Of a stretch of 59,931 bases of DNA, positions 16,653 to 26,892 are shown in pieces. Below the pieces are notes generated by a model, which was not told the origin of the DNA, ran no database searches, and saw nothing but the letters and a program-made list of their open reading frames with translations. The first letter of the stretch is position 1. The number at the start of each line of letters is the position of its first letter. The stretch comes from Pseudomonadota bacterium (lineage in GTDB: Bacteria > Pseudomonadota > Gammaproteobacteria > Burkholderiales > SG8-39). Location of the stretch: the NCBI GenBank assembly GCA_031376265.1, contig JANMDK010000020.1, positions 1 through 59,931 of the forward strand, given 5' to 3'. The position numbers and the translations under genes are program-made.

Positions 16653-19298
16653 CTAGTTGCGATCCCTTCTCGGGGGAACGTACGGCGGCACGTAGGGGGG
16701 TGGGGGTACGACCACGGGCACAGGCACCGGCTGCGGCGCGAGCTGCACCGGCGGCTGGACGATTTCGAGGACCAGAGGTGCGGGGACGTTGACGCCGGCC
16801 ACGGTGAGATTGAAGGCGGGTGAGTGCGACAGGAACGGCGTCGCGCCGATCATCATGCCCGGCACGAATAGCACGGGCAGCACCTCGGAGGCGGCGACGG
16901 CCGCTTCGCCGGCAACCGGCGCAACGACATCCGGCGCAACGACAACCGGCGCCACGACAACCGGCGCCACGATCACCGGCAAGACCACCACGGCGGGTGT
17001 GATCGATGCTGTCGTCCGACCGACGATCGGGGCGCAGCACGTCGCCGGCAGTGCGAAGGCGGCCGCGTTTGCGCCGGCGAGCGTGAACCCGGTGAAGGTC
17101 ACTGTCTTGGCGACCCCGACGCCGGGGGTGTCGAAGGCGGCCGCGGCACCAGGCCCGGCCACCAGCGATACGCCGGCCGGCGTCCCCTTGAGTGCGGTAA
17201 AGACTGCGGTGGTGGTGCCGTCGAAAGCCTTGTCAGCGCCATCGGGGAAGACCAGCATGCGCGAGACGACCGGACCGGCGTTGCCGGTAAAGCGGCCCGA
17301 ATAGTCGGTAGGCGTCAGGTACGAGGTCGGGTTGTAGAAGATGTTGATCGGCGTGACGCCGGCCGGCCCGGTCGCGGTGATGAAGGTGCCGCCGGTGAAC
17401 GTAACGGTGCCGGCTGCCGCGCCCGGCCCTGTGCCGCCGTTGCCGGCGTTCAGGGTCAGTCCGCGAGGCACGCCGAAGTTGGAGAGGCTTTCGCCCACAG
17501 TCACGCTGCCGCGCGTGAGCGTAATCAGCGGCCCGGCATCGAAGGTATTGCTGAGGACGATGTCGTTGGCGGAGCACATCTGGATGTTGCCGTCCGTGGT
17601 GACGATGCCCGCGGTCTGCGAATTCACCGTCAGGCCGTTGCGGATGACGTTCACGTTTCGGCCGCCGGAGAGCAGCACGCTGCCGTTGGTCGTCGTGATC
17701 GGCGCGTTGACGTTCACGTCGCGCCCGCAGCACACGACGAGGTTTCCGCGGGTGGTGGTTATTGGTGCGTTTATGTTCACGTCCCTCGCGGCCAGCAACG
17801 AAAGCGTCGTGGGATTCGTCGGCGTCCACGTAAGCGCCGAATTCACGCTGATGTCGCCGGCGCCGTTGCCGGCTGCGCCGACGTTGGTCGTGGTGACGGT
17901 GATATTGGTCCCGCCGCCGGCTTCGAGTGCAACCCGCAATGCGCCCACGTCGACGGTTGCGGCGCTTACGCCGGAATTCGGGGTGAAGACGTTGCCGATC
18001 AGGGTCGCGTTGGTTGTGCCGGCGCCGATGATCACGTCGGCGGGGTCGAGGAGCCAGGTGCCGGCCTTACCGTTCGCGGCGCTGGCGTTGATGCTGATCC
18101 CGTTGACCTCGAGGGCGTGGCCGGACGTCTCGATCAGGCCGCCGTCGCCCCCCAGCGCGCCGCCCTTGGCCGAGATGCTGCCGGAAGCGCGCGTCGAATC
18201 GTTGGACCACAGCACCACGGTGCCGCCGTTGCCGCGTGAGATGGCATCCGCGGTGATTTTCGCGTCTGCGCTCATGTAAGTCGCGGAGGCGTTGGGCACC
18301 GCCGCGTTGTTGCCCTGGTAGCCGCCGCCGACGAGCACCGTTCCGCCGCCTGCGTCGCCGGACGCGTTGACCTGCGCGCCGAAGAGGCCGACATGATGGC
18401 CGGCCAACGTGATGTTGCCGCCGGTTTGTCCCGCGCCAAGGCCCGAGGCATCCAGCGTTCCCCCGGCGCTCACGGTGCCGTTTTGCATGTCGCCGACCAG
18501 CCGGATCGTCCCGTTGCGGGTATCGATCGTCTGCGCTTGGATCACGCCGGTGTTGTTAACCGCGCTTTGCAGGAGGCTTTCGGCCGACTTTGCCGTGAGC
18601 AGCACGGTCCCGCCGTCGGCGCGAATCATCCCGGAGTTCTGCGCCAGCGCGTTGACCGCGCCTTCGTTGACCGCGAGGTTGAGCAGGCCGTCACCCGCCA
18701 CGTCGAGCGTCATCGCATTGCCGGAGGCGAGCACGACGCTGCCCAGGCGCGCGGTGATGATCCCCTCGTTGCTCACGTTTGCGCCGAGCAGCGCGACGTA
18801 GCCGCCATCGGACGCATTGATCGTGCCGCGGTTGACGACCGAGCCGTTGCCGGCACCGTCGAATTTGTAGCGGCCGGCCATGAAATCGGCGTCCGAAATG
18901 TTCCGCGTCGAGGCCACCAGCCCCCCGACGTTTACCTGCGCACCGGGCGCAAAAAGAATCCCGTTCGGGTTGACCAGGAACACCTTGCCGTTCGCCGAAA
19001 GGCTGCCGAGGATATTGGAGGGATCGGCACCCAGCACGCGGTTCAATGCGACCGAGCTGCTGTTGGGCTGCACGAACCGCACCGCCTCGGCCGCACCGAT
19101 GCCGAAGGATTGCCAGTTGATCGCGGCATTCTGGCTCGATTGCGTGATCGTCGTCGTGCCGGGCGTCGCGACGATGCTCGCGCTGCCGGCCGAGACCGCG
19201 CCGCCGGTGGGCGCCGCGAACGCGGTCATGGCGTTCGAGACCGCAAGGCCGAGCGCGGCCATCCGGGTGAAGCGGAAATATCGATTGCGATTGTTCAC
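16653..19298 (-). CDS. TpsA exoprotein with filamentous-haemagglutinin N-terminal (TPS) domain
   Basis: Signal peptide, INWQSFGI, LNRV, VFLVNPNGILF, GGLIETSG, WLLDP; one YDG-like repeat (DKAFDGTT); Pro/Val-rich tail. Confidence 0.9.
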   Translation of the reverse strand: MNNRNRYFRFTRMAALGLAVSNAMTAFAAPTGGAVSAGSASIVATPGTTTITQSSQNAAINWQSFGIGAAEAVRFVQPNSSSVALNRVLGADPSNILGSLSANGKVFLVNPNGILFAPGAQVNVGGLVASTRNISDADFMAGRYKFDGAGNGSVVNRGTINASDGGYVALLGANVSNEGIITARLGSVVLASGNAMTLDVAGDGLLNLAVNEGAVNALAQNSGMIRADGGTVLLTAKSAESLLQSAVNNTGVIQAQTIDTRNGTIRLVGDMQNGTVSAGGTLDASGLGAGQTGGNITLAGHHVGLFGAQVNASGDAGGGTVLVGGGYQGNNAAVPNASATYMSADAKITADAISRGNGGTVVLWSNDSTRASGSISAKGGALGGDGGLIETSGHALEVNGISINASAANGKAGTWLLDPADVIIGAGTTNATLIGNVFTPNSGVSAATVDVGALRVALEAGGGTNITVTTTNVGAAGNGAGDISVNSALTWTPTNPTTLSLLAARDVNINAPITTTRGNLVVCCGRDVNVNAPITTTNGSVLLSGGRNVNVIRNGLTVNSQTAGIVTTDGNIQMCSANDIVLSNTFDAGPLITLTRGSVTVGESLSNFGVPRGLTLNAGNGGTGPGAAAGTVTFTGGTFITATGPAGVTPINIFYNPTSYLTPTDYSGRFTGNAGPVVSRMLVFPDGADKAFDGTTTAVFTALKGTPAGVSLVAGPGAAAAFDTPGVGVAKTVTFTGFTLAGANAAAFALPATCCAPIVGRTTASITPAVVVLPVIVAPVVVAPVVVAPDVVAPVAGEAAVAASEVLPVLFVPGMMIGATPFLSHSPAFNLTVAGVNVPAPLVLEIVQPPVQLAPQPVPVPVVVPPPPYVPPYVPPRRDRN

Positions 19299-19310
19299 GC
19301 TGAGTCCTGT

Positions 19311-20969
19311 CTAGAAGTACTTCACGCCTTGGATCCAGAATCGGCTTTTCGCGTCGGGGGCTGAAGTCGCGACCGCGTTGCCGAGCTTGTGCGCCCAATA
19401 CGCGCGCACGACGAAATTGTTGTAGTCGGCCCAGGTCAGGCCGACACCGGCGCCGCTGAGCGTCCTGCTGTTGTTGCCGGGCAGCCACGGGTTCTTGTTG
19501 ATCGTGACGCTGCCGGTGTCGACGAAGCCGACGAGGTGCATCTGGCCGACCAGGTTGGCCGGTTTCGGCAGCAGCATGCGGGCTTCGAGGTTCACTACGT
19601 AGCCTTCATCTGCGTAGGCCTCGCCCTCGGGATAGGCGCGAACTGCGTACGCGCCGCCGAGCGACATTTTCTCGGAGATGTCGAGGTTCTTCGAGGCCAC
19701 CTGCCCGCGGATCGCGGCATAGAGCGAGAAAGGCCCGCCGAGCGTCTGCAGGCGCATCGCGTGGAAGCCGAACTTGTCGTAGTGCCCGTTGCTGCGCGCC
19801 GTCAGCGCATCGGCGGCGCGCGCGGCCGGCGTCTCGATGTCCAGCGACCCCGTGGACCAGGTCCCCGAATAGGCCGTGAAGCCGCCACCGCCCCAGTTGT
19901 CGCGGCGGTCGCCGGCGAGGCCGAAATGTGCAACGCCGATCTTGCGGTCGGTGGTTGCATTCGTCAGGTCGATGCGGTCGTGGAAAGTCTTGGCGTCGAA
20001 CCCGGCCAGCGCATACAGGTTGGTGTTGCGCGAGCGGATCAGCGGGTAGCTGCCGTAAATGCTCGCGATCTGCGCGGTGCCATGCGCGCCGAGGTTGGCG
20101 AACTCCCGGCCGAGCCGGTATTCGAGCGCCGTAAAAGCGACCCCGAGCGTCGCCCGGCCGAATTGCGCCTGGTACGAGATGCGGCCGTAGGTCAGGCCCG
20201 ATGAGGCCAGCGCGCGCACCGAAAGCACGTCGCCCTGGCCCGCGAGGTTGTTGAGGTTGACGGTGCCGCCGACGCGGTATTCGCCGGTGTAGCGGTTGCC
20301 GTGGTTATCCGCTTCGACGCTGCCGTTCACGCGGCGCCCTGGGACCACGTCGACGATGAGGTCCGATGTGCCGGCCGCCTGGCCCGGCACAAGCGAGGAA
20401 CGCACGCCGATGCCCGGGATGTCCGAGAGCAGCAGCAGGCGCTCCTCGAGCGGCGCAATGGTGATCGTATCGCCGGCGTTTAGCCCGCTTAACAACCCGT
20501 TGGCGAGCCCGTCGTTCAGGTTCGACGAATTGCGCAGCACGACCTGCCCATAGCGGCCTTCGATGACCTGGATGGCCACCGCGCCGTCGCGAATGTTCTG
20601 GGCGGGCAGGTAGGCCTGGGCGACGATGTACCCGTTGCGGTTGTAGTGGTCGGTGATCCGAGCCGCCATGGCTCGCAGTTCGGCCAGGCTCAACTCCCGG
20701 CCGGGCAGGAAGCCGGCGATTTCGAGCAATTCGCCGACCGAGTAGACGGTTTGCCCGGTGATCGAAAGGGTATTGACCCGGATGCGGGTGTCGTCCGCAA
20801 GCGGTGCGGCCGGCTTGCCGCCCTGCTCGATGCGCACGTCCGGCAAGGGCCGTTGCGGGGCCGGCGCAGGGGGTACCTGCTGGATCAGCCCGCCGGAGCT
20901 GGGGGGCTGCTGGGCGAACGCGGCCGTGCCGAATACGGCGATCGACGCGAGAAGGATGGTTCTTTTCAA
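19311..20969 (-). CDS. TpsB (ShlB/FhaC/HecB family) outer-membrane transporter
   Basis: Signal peptide, POTRA motif (YNRNGYIVAQAYLPAQ), DNHGNRYTG, GGAYAVRAY, C-terminal Phe. Confidence 0.92.
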   Translation of the reverse strand: MKRTILLASIAVFGTAAFAQQPPSSGGLIQQVPPAPAPQRPLPDVRIEQGGKPAAPLADDTRIRVNTLSITGQTVYSVGELLEIAGFLPGRELSLAELRAMAARITDHYNRNGYIVAQAYLPAQNIRDGAVAIQVIEGRYGQVVLRNSSNLNDGLANGLLSGLNAGDTITIAPLEERLLLLSDIPGIGVRSSLVPGQAAGTSDLIVDVVPGRRVNGSVEADNHGNRYTGEYRVGGTVNLNNLAGQGDVLSVRALASSGLTYGRISYQAQFGRATLGVAFTALEYRLGREFANLGAHGTAQIASIYGSYPLIRSRNTNLYALAGFDAKTFHDRIDLTNATTDRKIGVAHFGLAGDRRDNWGGGGFTAYSGTWSTGSLDIETPAARAADALTARSNGHYDKFGFHAMRLQTLGGPFSLYAAIRGQVASKNLDISEKMSLGGAYAVRAYPEGEAYADEGYVVNLEARMLLPKPANLVGQMHLVGFVDTGSVTINKNPWLPGNNSRTLSGAGVGLTWADYNNFVVRAYWAHKLGNAVATSAPDAKSRFWIQGVKYF

Positions 20970-21065
20970 GGCAGGTCTCCCAACTGAGGCCCGAGTTTGT
21001 CCTACACGCCGTAGACAAACTGTTCGCCAACTAACATAGGACGAAAAGCTAAAAACCCCCTAGAT

Positions 21066-21785
21066 TCAACTCTCTGGCAACGGGGCCAGAAGGCGGTCGA
21101 ATTCCAGTTTAACCACTCCGTAGCACTCGCAGACAGCCTTTTCGACGCCGGGCCGGTCGAGGACGTCGATGCGGCCCCGGGCGTAGCTGATGAGCCCGGC
21201 CCGCTGGAGCTTGCCGGCCGCCTCGGTGACCCCTTCCCGGCGCACGCCAAGCATGTTGGCAATGAGCTCCTGCGTCATGCGGATCGATTGCGTCGGCAGC
21301 CGGTCCAAGCTCAGCAGCAGCCAGCGGCAGAGCTGCTGCTCGACCGTATGGTGCCGGTTGCACACCGCGGTCTGCGTCATCAGCGTGATCAGCGCCTGCG
21401 TATAGCGCAGCAGCAGCCGGAGCATCGGGCCCGCGCGGTTGAACTCCTCCTTGAGCAGCCGCGAGCGCATGCGATAAGCGAAGCCCGCGCTCTGCACAAC
21501 GGCGCGGCTGGGCGTGGTTTCCCCGCCCATAAAGAGCGAGATGCCGAGGATGCCTTCGTTGCCGACCACGGCGATTTCGGCGGAGGCGCCGTCGGCGAGC
21601 ACGTAGAGCAGCGACACGATCGAGGTTGTCGGGAAGTAGACATGCGACAGGCGGCCGCCGGATTCGTAGATCGCCTGGCCGAGCTTCAGGGGAACCAACT
21701 CGAGGTCCGGCGCGAGGCGCTGGAACACGTCCGCGGGCAATGCGGCAAGCAGGCAATTCTGCAGCGGGTTGTGGGGGCTCGGCAT
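21066..21785 (-). CDS. Crp/Fnr family transcriptional regulator (paralog 1)
   Basis: cNMP-binding-like domain and HTH MTQELIANMLGVRREGVTE; C-terminal CECY. Confidence 0.92.
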   Translation of the reverse strand: MPSPHNPLQNCLLAALPADVFQRLAPDLELVPLKLGQAIYESGGRLSHVYFPTTSIVSLLYVLADGASAEIAVVGNEGILGISLFMGGETTPSRAVVQSAGFAYRMRSRLLKEEFNRAGPMLRLLLRYTQALITLMTQTAVCNRHHTVEQQLCRWLLLSLDRLPTQSIRMTQELIANMLGVRREGVTEAAGKLQRAGLISYARGRIDVLDRPGVEKAVCECYGVVKLEFDRLLAPLPES

Positions 21786-21950
21786 GGCAACGAATTGTCG
21801 CCAACGCAGGTAGAACTATCTGTTCGCTATCAGACATATGGGAAAATTTTCGTCTCTGTTCGGTACCAAACATAGGTGCGTATTTTTTATGTGCGTTACC
21901 CCGCATAAGGGTGTAATCTTCTTTCCCCCCCAATTTCAGCGAGGCTGCAC

Positions 21951-22715
21951 ATGACGACGAAAGTCTCGGCAGCCAGGCCTCCCCCCAGGACGAATCACCT
22001 GCTCGCGGCGCTGTCCGACACGGACTTCGAGCGGCTGTCACCCCACTTCGACTACGTCGACATGCCGCTTGGCTCTTCGCTGAGCGAGTCGGGCAGCCGC
22101 ATGGACCACGTGTACTTCATTACCGACGGCATCGTTTCGCTGCTCTATGTGATGGAGAACGGCGCGTCGGCCGAGATAGCCGTGACCGGAAACGAAGGCA
22201 TCGTCGGCATATCGCTCTTCATGGGCGGCGAAAGCACCACCAGCCGCGCGATCGTGCAGAGCGAAGGGCACGCCTACCGGCTGCCTGCCCGGTTCCTGCG
22301 CGCCGAATTCGAGCGCGGCGGCGAATTGCAGCACCTGCTGCTGCGCTTTACCCAGGCGCTGATCACGCAGATGTCGCAGACCGCGGTGTGCAACCGCCAC
22401 CACGAGGTCGAGCTGCAGCTCTGCCGCTGGCTCCTGCTCAGCCTCGACCGGCTGCCCACGAACGAACTGCACATGACGCAGGAACTGATCGCGAACATGC
22501 TCGGCGTGAGGCGTGAAGGCGTGACGGAGGCGGCGGGCCGCTTGCAGGAAGCAGGGCTCATCGAGTACCGCCGAGGTCACATCAAGGTGCTCGACCGGCC
22601 GGCCTTGGAGAAGCGCGTCTGCGAATGTTACGCGGTCGTCAAGAAGGAATCCGACCGCCTGCTGAATTACGTGGCTTCCAAGAGCACAGGGGCGTCCGGA
22701 TCCCACGTTCGATAG
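21951..22715 (+). CDS. Crp/Fnr family transcriptional regulator (paralog 2)
   Basis: Same architecture; VCNRHH, GVRREGVTE, CECY. Confidence 0.92.
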   Translation: MTTKVSAARPPPRTNHLLAALSDTDFERLSPHFDYVDMPLGSSLSESGSRMDHVYFITDGIVSLLYVMENGASAEIAVTGNEGIVGISLFMGGESTTSRAIVQSEGHAYRLPARFLRAEFERGGELQHLLLRFTQALITQMSQTAVCNRHHEVELQLCRWLLLSLDRLPTNELHMTQELIANMLGVRREGVTEAAGRLQEAGLIEYRRGHIKVLDRPALEKRVCECYAVVKKESDRLLNYVASKSTGASGSHVR

Positions 22716-22757
22716 CGAACAGACGGAGCCCCGGATGGGGGGCCACCATGCGTCACA

Positions 22758-23465
22758 GTGGCCGCCATCCCCAACATCCTGCTTCGCCTTCTACCGCGCA
22801 AGGACTACCTTCGCTTTGCTTCCGGACTGACGCCGGTCACACTCGAATTCGGGAAGGTTCTCTACGAGCCGGGCAAGCCGATCCGTGATGTGTATTTCCC
22901 TAGCGCCTGCCTGATATCGCTGCTCAAGATCGCCGCGGGACATCGTGCCCTTGAGGTGGGCATGGTCGGCCCGGAGGGCATGCTCGGCATCCCGATCGCG
23001 CTTGGCATCGGGAGCTCTCCGATTCGCGCGCTGGTGCAGGGGGAGGGAACCGCACTGCGCATGGGCAAGGCCCGCTTCCTGAAAGAATTCAATTCGTGCG
23101 CGCCGCTGCACCGGATCGTCCTGACCTATGTGCACGCGCTGATGGGCCAGATCGCGCAGACCGCGGCGTGCAACCGGTTCCACGTCGTCGAGGGCCGGTT
23201 GGCCCGCTGGCTGTTGATGACCCGGGATCGCATGGCTTCGGGCGATTTCCGCATGACGCACGAATTCCTCTCGCACATGCTCGGCGTGCGGCGCGAAGGC
23301 GTCAGCGAAGCCGCGGCGGGTTTCCAGGAGAAGGGCCTGATCGAGTACAGCCGCGGGAAGATCCGGATCCTCAATCACCGTGGGCTCGAGGCGGCCGCGT
23401 GCTCCTGCTACGGCGAATCGCCCAAGGGGCCGGAAGCGATCCCGGCCTGGCGGCCCGCGCGTTAG
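22758..23465 (+). CDS. Crp/Fnr family transcriptional regulator (paralog 3)
   Basis: More divergent; ACNRFH, GVRREGVSE, CSCY. Confidence 0.9.
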   Translation: MAAIPNILLRLLPRKDYLRFASGLTPVTLEFGKVLYEPGKPIRDVYFPSACLISLLKIAAGHRALEVGMVGPEGMLGIPIALGIGSSPIRALVQGEGTALRMGKARFLKEFNSCAPLHRIVLTYVHALMGQIAQTAACNRFHVVEGRLARWLLMTRDRMASGDFRMTHEFLSHMLGVRREGVSEAAAGFQEKGLIEYSRGKIRILNHRGLEAAACSCYGESPKGPEAIPAWRPAR

Positions 23466-24217
23466 CCGGCGACGACCTTAAGGGTCTCGACGCGTGGGAT
23501 ATCCGACATCAGGCGATCGAACTCGGTCTTGACCACGGCATAGCACTCGCAAGAAAGCTTTTCCAGGCCTTCGCGTTTCAGGACGGTGATGTGCCCGCGC
23601 CGGTAATCGATGACGCCGTCCACGCGCAGCCGCCCGGCAGCTTCGGTGATCCCTTCGCGGCGCACCCCGAGCATGCTGGCGACGAGTTCCTGCGTCATCG
23701 TCAATTGTCCCGAAGGCACGCGGTCGAGGGTCACCAGTAGCCATCGGCACAGTTGCTGCTCGACCGAATGGTGCCGGTTGCACACGGCGGTCTGGGTCAT
23801 CTGCGTGATCAGCGCCTGCGTGTAGCGCAGCAGCAGGCGAAGCATCGGCCCGGCGCGGTCGAATTCCTCCATGAGTCGCCGACGTTCGAGGCGATAGGCG
23901 AAGCCGGCCGTCTGGACCACCGCGGAACTCGGGGTCGTGTCCCCGCCCATGAAGAGCGAGATGCCGACGACCCCCTCGTTGCCGACGCCGGCGATCTCGG
24001 CCGAATCGCCGGATTCGATCACGTAGTGGAGCGACACGATGGACGAGGTCGGGAAATACGCGTGCTGGAGCTGGCCGCCGGGTTCGTAGAGGACTTGGCC
24101 GAGTTTCAGCTCGACCAGCTCGAGGTTCGGGGCGAGGCGGTCGAATTCGGCCTTCGGCAGCGCCGCAAGCAGGTGGTTCCGGTTCGGGCTGTGAAGCGAG
24201 GGATCGACGATAGCCAT
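23462..24217 (-). CDS. Crp/Fnr family transcriptional regulator (paralog 4)
   Basis: VCNRHH, GVRREGITE, CECY; last gene of the kinase-receiver operon. Confidence 0.92.
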   Translation of the reverse strand: MAIVDPSLHSPNRNHLLAALPKAEFDRLAPNLELVELKLGQVLYEPGGQLQHAYFPTSSIVSLHYVIESGDSAEIAGVGNEGVVGISLFMGGDTTPSSAVVQTAGFAYRLERRRLMEEFDRAGPMLRLLLRYTQALITQMTQTAVCNRHHSVEQQLCRWLLVTLDRVPSGQLTMTQELVASMLGVRREGITEAAGRLRVDGVIDYRRGHITVLKREGLEKLSCECYAVVKTEFDRLMSDIPRVETLKVVAG

Positions 24218-24229
24218 CGGGCGCCCGGA

Positions 24230-25051
24230 TTATTTCTTGTGGCTGGTTTCGACGCCGATGCCGCGGTACCCGATGAAGCGGCAGGACTGGTTGAACATCG
24301 GCTCGCCGCTCACCTGGTATCTCTGTTTCGTCCCGTCGGCATTCATGCGGCTGAAATTGAAGTCGAGGAAAGGCTGCCGAGAAGCGATTGTCGCCTGGAG
24401 CTTTTCCCTTTCGGCGTCGTTCCAGCCGTCGTTATTGGCGCTGGGCGTGGTTCCCGCTAGGTTCGATACGCGCATTCCGAGCATTTCGAGCACCGGCCCG
24501 GAAACCTTGGTGAAGTTGCCGTTTTCGTCCTGTTCCCAATACCAGTCGGACGCAAGCTCGGTCAGGCTTCGATAGCGGGCCTCGCTTTCGCGCAGCTCCG
24601 CGGTGCGCTCCTTCACCGTCTGCTCGAGTTCGCGGCTGTAATTGGCGAGCCGCTTGTAAAGGAGCCGCACCTCGAGCATGTTGCGGATGCGGGTGCGCAC
24701 TTCCACGAGGTCGAAAGGCTTCGAGACGAAATCCCTTGCGCCGGCCTGCAACGCGCGGATCTTGTGCCCCGGCTGGGCGGTGATCACCAGCACCGGGAGA
24801 TAGCCGTCGACCAGATTGATTTTCAGGCCTTCCATGACCTGGAACCCGTCCATGCCCGGCATCTGCAGGTCGAGCAGGATCAAGTCGTAGTTGTTCTTGC
24901 GGTGCAGGGCGCAGACCTCGAGCGGGTTCATTGTCGAGGTGACCGCGGTATATCCGGATTCGGCGAGCATCTGCTCCAGCAGGCCGACGTTGGATTCCTG
25001 GTCGTCGACGATCAGGATGCTGGCGTTGAGGATGGCGTCGTCGTCGATCAT
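24230..25051 (-). CDS. Response regulator with REC, coiled coil and PAS domains and no output domain
   Basis: ILIVDDQ, LDLQMPGMDG, SKPF; RYRSLTELASDWYWEQD...SGEP...GYRG PAS. Confidence 0.85.
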   Translation of the reverse strand: MIDDDAILNASILIVDDQESNVGLLEQMLAESGYTAVTSTMNPLEVCALHRKNNYDLILLDLQMPGMDGFQVMEGLKINLVDGYLPVLVITAQPGHKIRALQAGARDFVSKPFDLVEVRTRIRNMLEVRLLYKRLANYSRELEQTVKERTAELRESEARYRSLTELASDWYWEQDENGNFTKVSGPVLEMLGMRVSNLAGTTPSANNDGWNDAEREKLQATIASRQPFLDFNFSRMNADGTKQRYQVSGEPMFNQSCRFIGYRGIGVETSHKK

Positions 25052-26706
25052 TGCGAGAGTTCCTTTTTCGCCCGGACCGCGGCAGTTTTCGAGTATGCCA
25101 ATGCTACATCGAGGGCTTCCATGAACTGGCTGACCACGATCGGCTTGGTGAGGTAATTGAAGAATCCCGCTTGGAGCGCCTTCTCGATGTCGCGCGGCAC
25201 CGCATTCGCGCTCAAGGCAATGATCGGGATGTGCGCAGTCGCCGGAGTGAGGCGCAGGATCTCCATGGCTTCCAGGCCGCTGATGCCCGGCAGGTTGATG
25301 TCCATGAGGATAACCTCGGGCAGGTAGGCGCGCGCGAATTCGATGCCGAGGTTGCCGTCGGCCGCCGAAAGAAGCCGAAGTTCCGGCCGCCGCGCGACGA
25401 GCTGCTCGACCAGCTCGAGGTTGGCTGGGTTGTCCTCCACATAGAGGATCGTCCGAAGCGGCGCGCCCGGCGGGAGTTGCGGGCGGATCGTTTCCTTATG
25501 ATCGGCCTCGTGCGCCTCCAGCGCCGGGGCGCTCGTGAGGGTCAGGTCGATCCAGAACACGCTGCCGACGCCGACGGTGCTCTCCACGCCAATCTGCCCG
25601 CCCATGAGCTCGACCAGCCGCTTGGTCACTACCAGCCCGATGCCGGTACCTTCCTCGGCGGTCGCTTCCTTTCCCAGCCGGTTGAAAGGCTGGAAAAGCT
25701 GCGAAACCTGCTCCGGCGTGAGCCCGACGCCGGTGTCGCGAACGCTGATGTGGACGGTGTTCGCGGCGCTCATTGCCCACTCGACGGCGACCGAGCCGCC
25801 CGGCCGGTTGTACTTGACCGCGTTGAAGAACAAATTGATCAGCACTTGCTTGACGCGGGTGCGGTCGGCGTTGACGAACAGCGGCTTGTCGAATCTCGGG
25901 AAGGTCATCGCAATGCCGCGCTTGTGCGCCTGGGGCTCGACCATTGCGCGGCATTCGAGCATGACCTCGGTGAGCGAAACCGGCTCGCCCGACAGGGTCA
26001 CTTTGCCCGACTCGATCAGCGCGAGGTCGAGGATCTCGTTGATCAGGTCGAGCAGGTACCAGCCGGCCTTGAGGATCTGCTCGAGGTTGCGCTTCTGCGA
26101 AATGGTGGGCGCGGGGAGGCCGGTTTCCATGAGCTGAGCAAATCCGAGGATTGCGTTTAGCGGCGTGCGCAGCTCGTGGCTCATGCCGGAGAGGAAATCG
26201 GTCTTCGCCTGGCTCGCTTTATCGGCTGCGACCATCGCACGCTTGAGCTCGGACTCGACGCGCTTCCTGACCGAGTTGTTGGTGCCGATCAGCAGGTAGC
26301 CAATGAGGGCGCCGTCGTCGTCCAGCAAGCCGGTAATCGACACGATCGCCGGAAAGCGGTTGCCGTCCTTGCAGATGTAGGTCAGCTCGTAGATATCTTC
26401 GATGCCCCGCGAGGCCTTGTAGGCAAGGGCCTCGAACCCCGGCGCGATCGGCGTGCGGAACTCGACGCTCAACGTGGCGGCGCGGGCCTTGACCTCATCG
26501 GGGTCGTGGATGTCGCTCGGGTTGATCTTGTTGACGACTTCTTCCGCCGTGTAGCCGAGCATGCGCTCGGCGCCGACGTTGAAGAACTGGATGATGCCTT
26601 TCTCGTCGGTCGCGATGATCGAAAACTTGGCGCTTCTGAGGATCGCATTCTGCAGCGCGCCGGTCTTCATTCTTGCCTTGGTGAGGGAAGGGTTTACTGG
26701 AGGCAT
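25048..26706 (-). CDS. Cytoplasmic hybrid histidine kinase (PAS-HisKA-HATPase-REC)
   Basis: FNVGAERMLGY PAS, MSHELRTPLN H-box, NAVKY, DTGVG, GTGIGL, C-terminal receiver; start 26706 or 26670 rather than 27258. Confidence 0.9.
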   Translation of the reverse strand: MPPVNPSLTKARMKTGALQNAILRSAKFSIIATDEKGIIQFFNVGAERMLGYTAEEVVNKINPSDIHDPDEVKARAATLSVEFRTPIAPGFEALAYKASRGIEDIYELTYICKDGNRFPAIVSITGLLDDDGALIGYLLIGTNNSVRKRVESELKRAMVAADKASQAKTDFLSGMSHELRTPLNAILGFAQLMETGLPAPTISQKRNLEQILKAGWYLLDLINEILDLALIESGKVTLSGEPVSLTEVMLECRAMVEPQAHKRGIAMTFPRFDKPLFVNADRTRVKQVLINLFFNAVKYNRPGGSVAVEWAMSAANTVHISVRDTGVGLTPEQVSQLFQPFNRLGKEATAEEGTGIGLVVTKRLVELMGGQIGVESTVGVGSVFWIDLTLTSAPALEAHEADHKETIRPQLPPGAPLRTILYVEDNPANLELVEQLVARRPELRLLSAADGNLGIEFARAYLPEVILMDINLPGISGLEAMEILRLTPATAHIPIIALSANAVPRDIEKALQAGFFNYLTKPIVVSQFMEALDVALAYSKTAAVRAKKELSQ

Positions 26707-26771
26707 CGGGATCCGGAAAAGTGCATGCAACCGACGGGTCGCGAATGGTGGCCGTTTTGCAACCATTTGTA

Positions 26772-26841
26772 TGTTCGTCAACGAACATTGCCCGGAAGGG
26801 TTCGCCAACGCACAGACCGCGTGGGGAACGGCCCCTAATCT
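26772..26841. promoter_or_regulatory. Divergent promoter region with two TGTTCG-N4-CG(A/C)ACA boxes
   Basis: TGTTCGTCAACGAACA 26772-26787; GGTTCGCCAACGCACA 26799-26814; TAATCT 26836-26841. Confidence 0.7.
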
Positions 26842-26892
26842 GGGCGCATCCGAATTCACGCAGTCAACCAGCCACACAAAAGGGAAATCGAC

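Noticed and set aside
16860-17000. Short tandem DNA repeats (CCGGCGCMACGACAA-like)
   Set aside because: They encode the VVAP repeats of the TpsA tail and are not an independent element
21890-21905. TGTGCGTTACCCCGCA as an activating box for crp paralog 2
   Set aside because: Poor right half-site and only 8 nt from TAATCT; at most a repressing site
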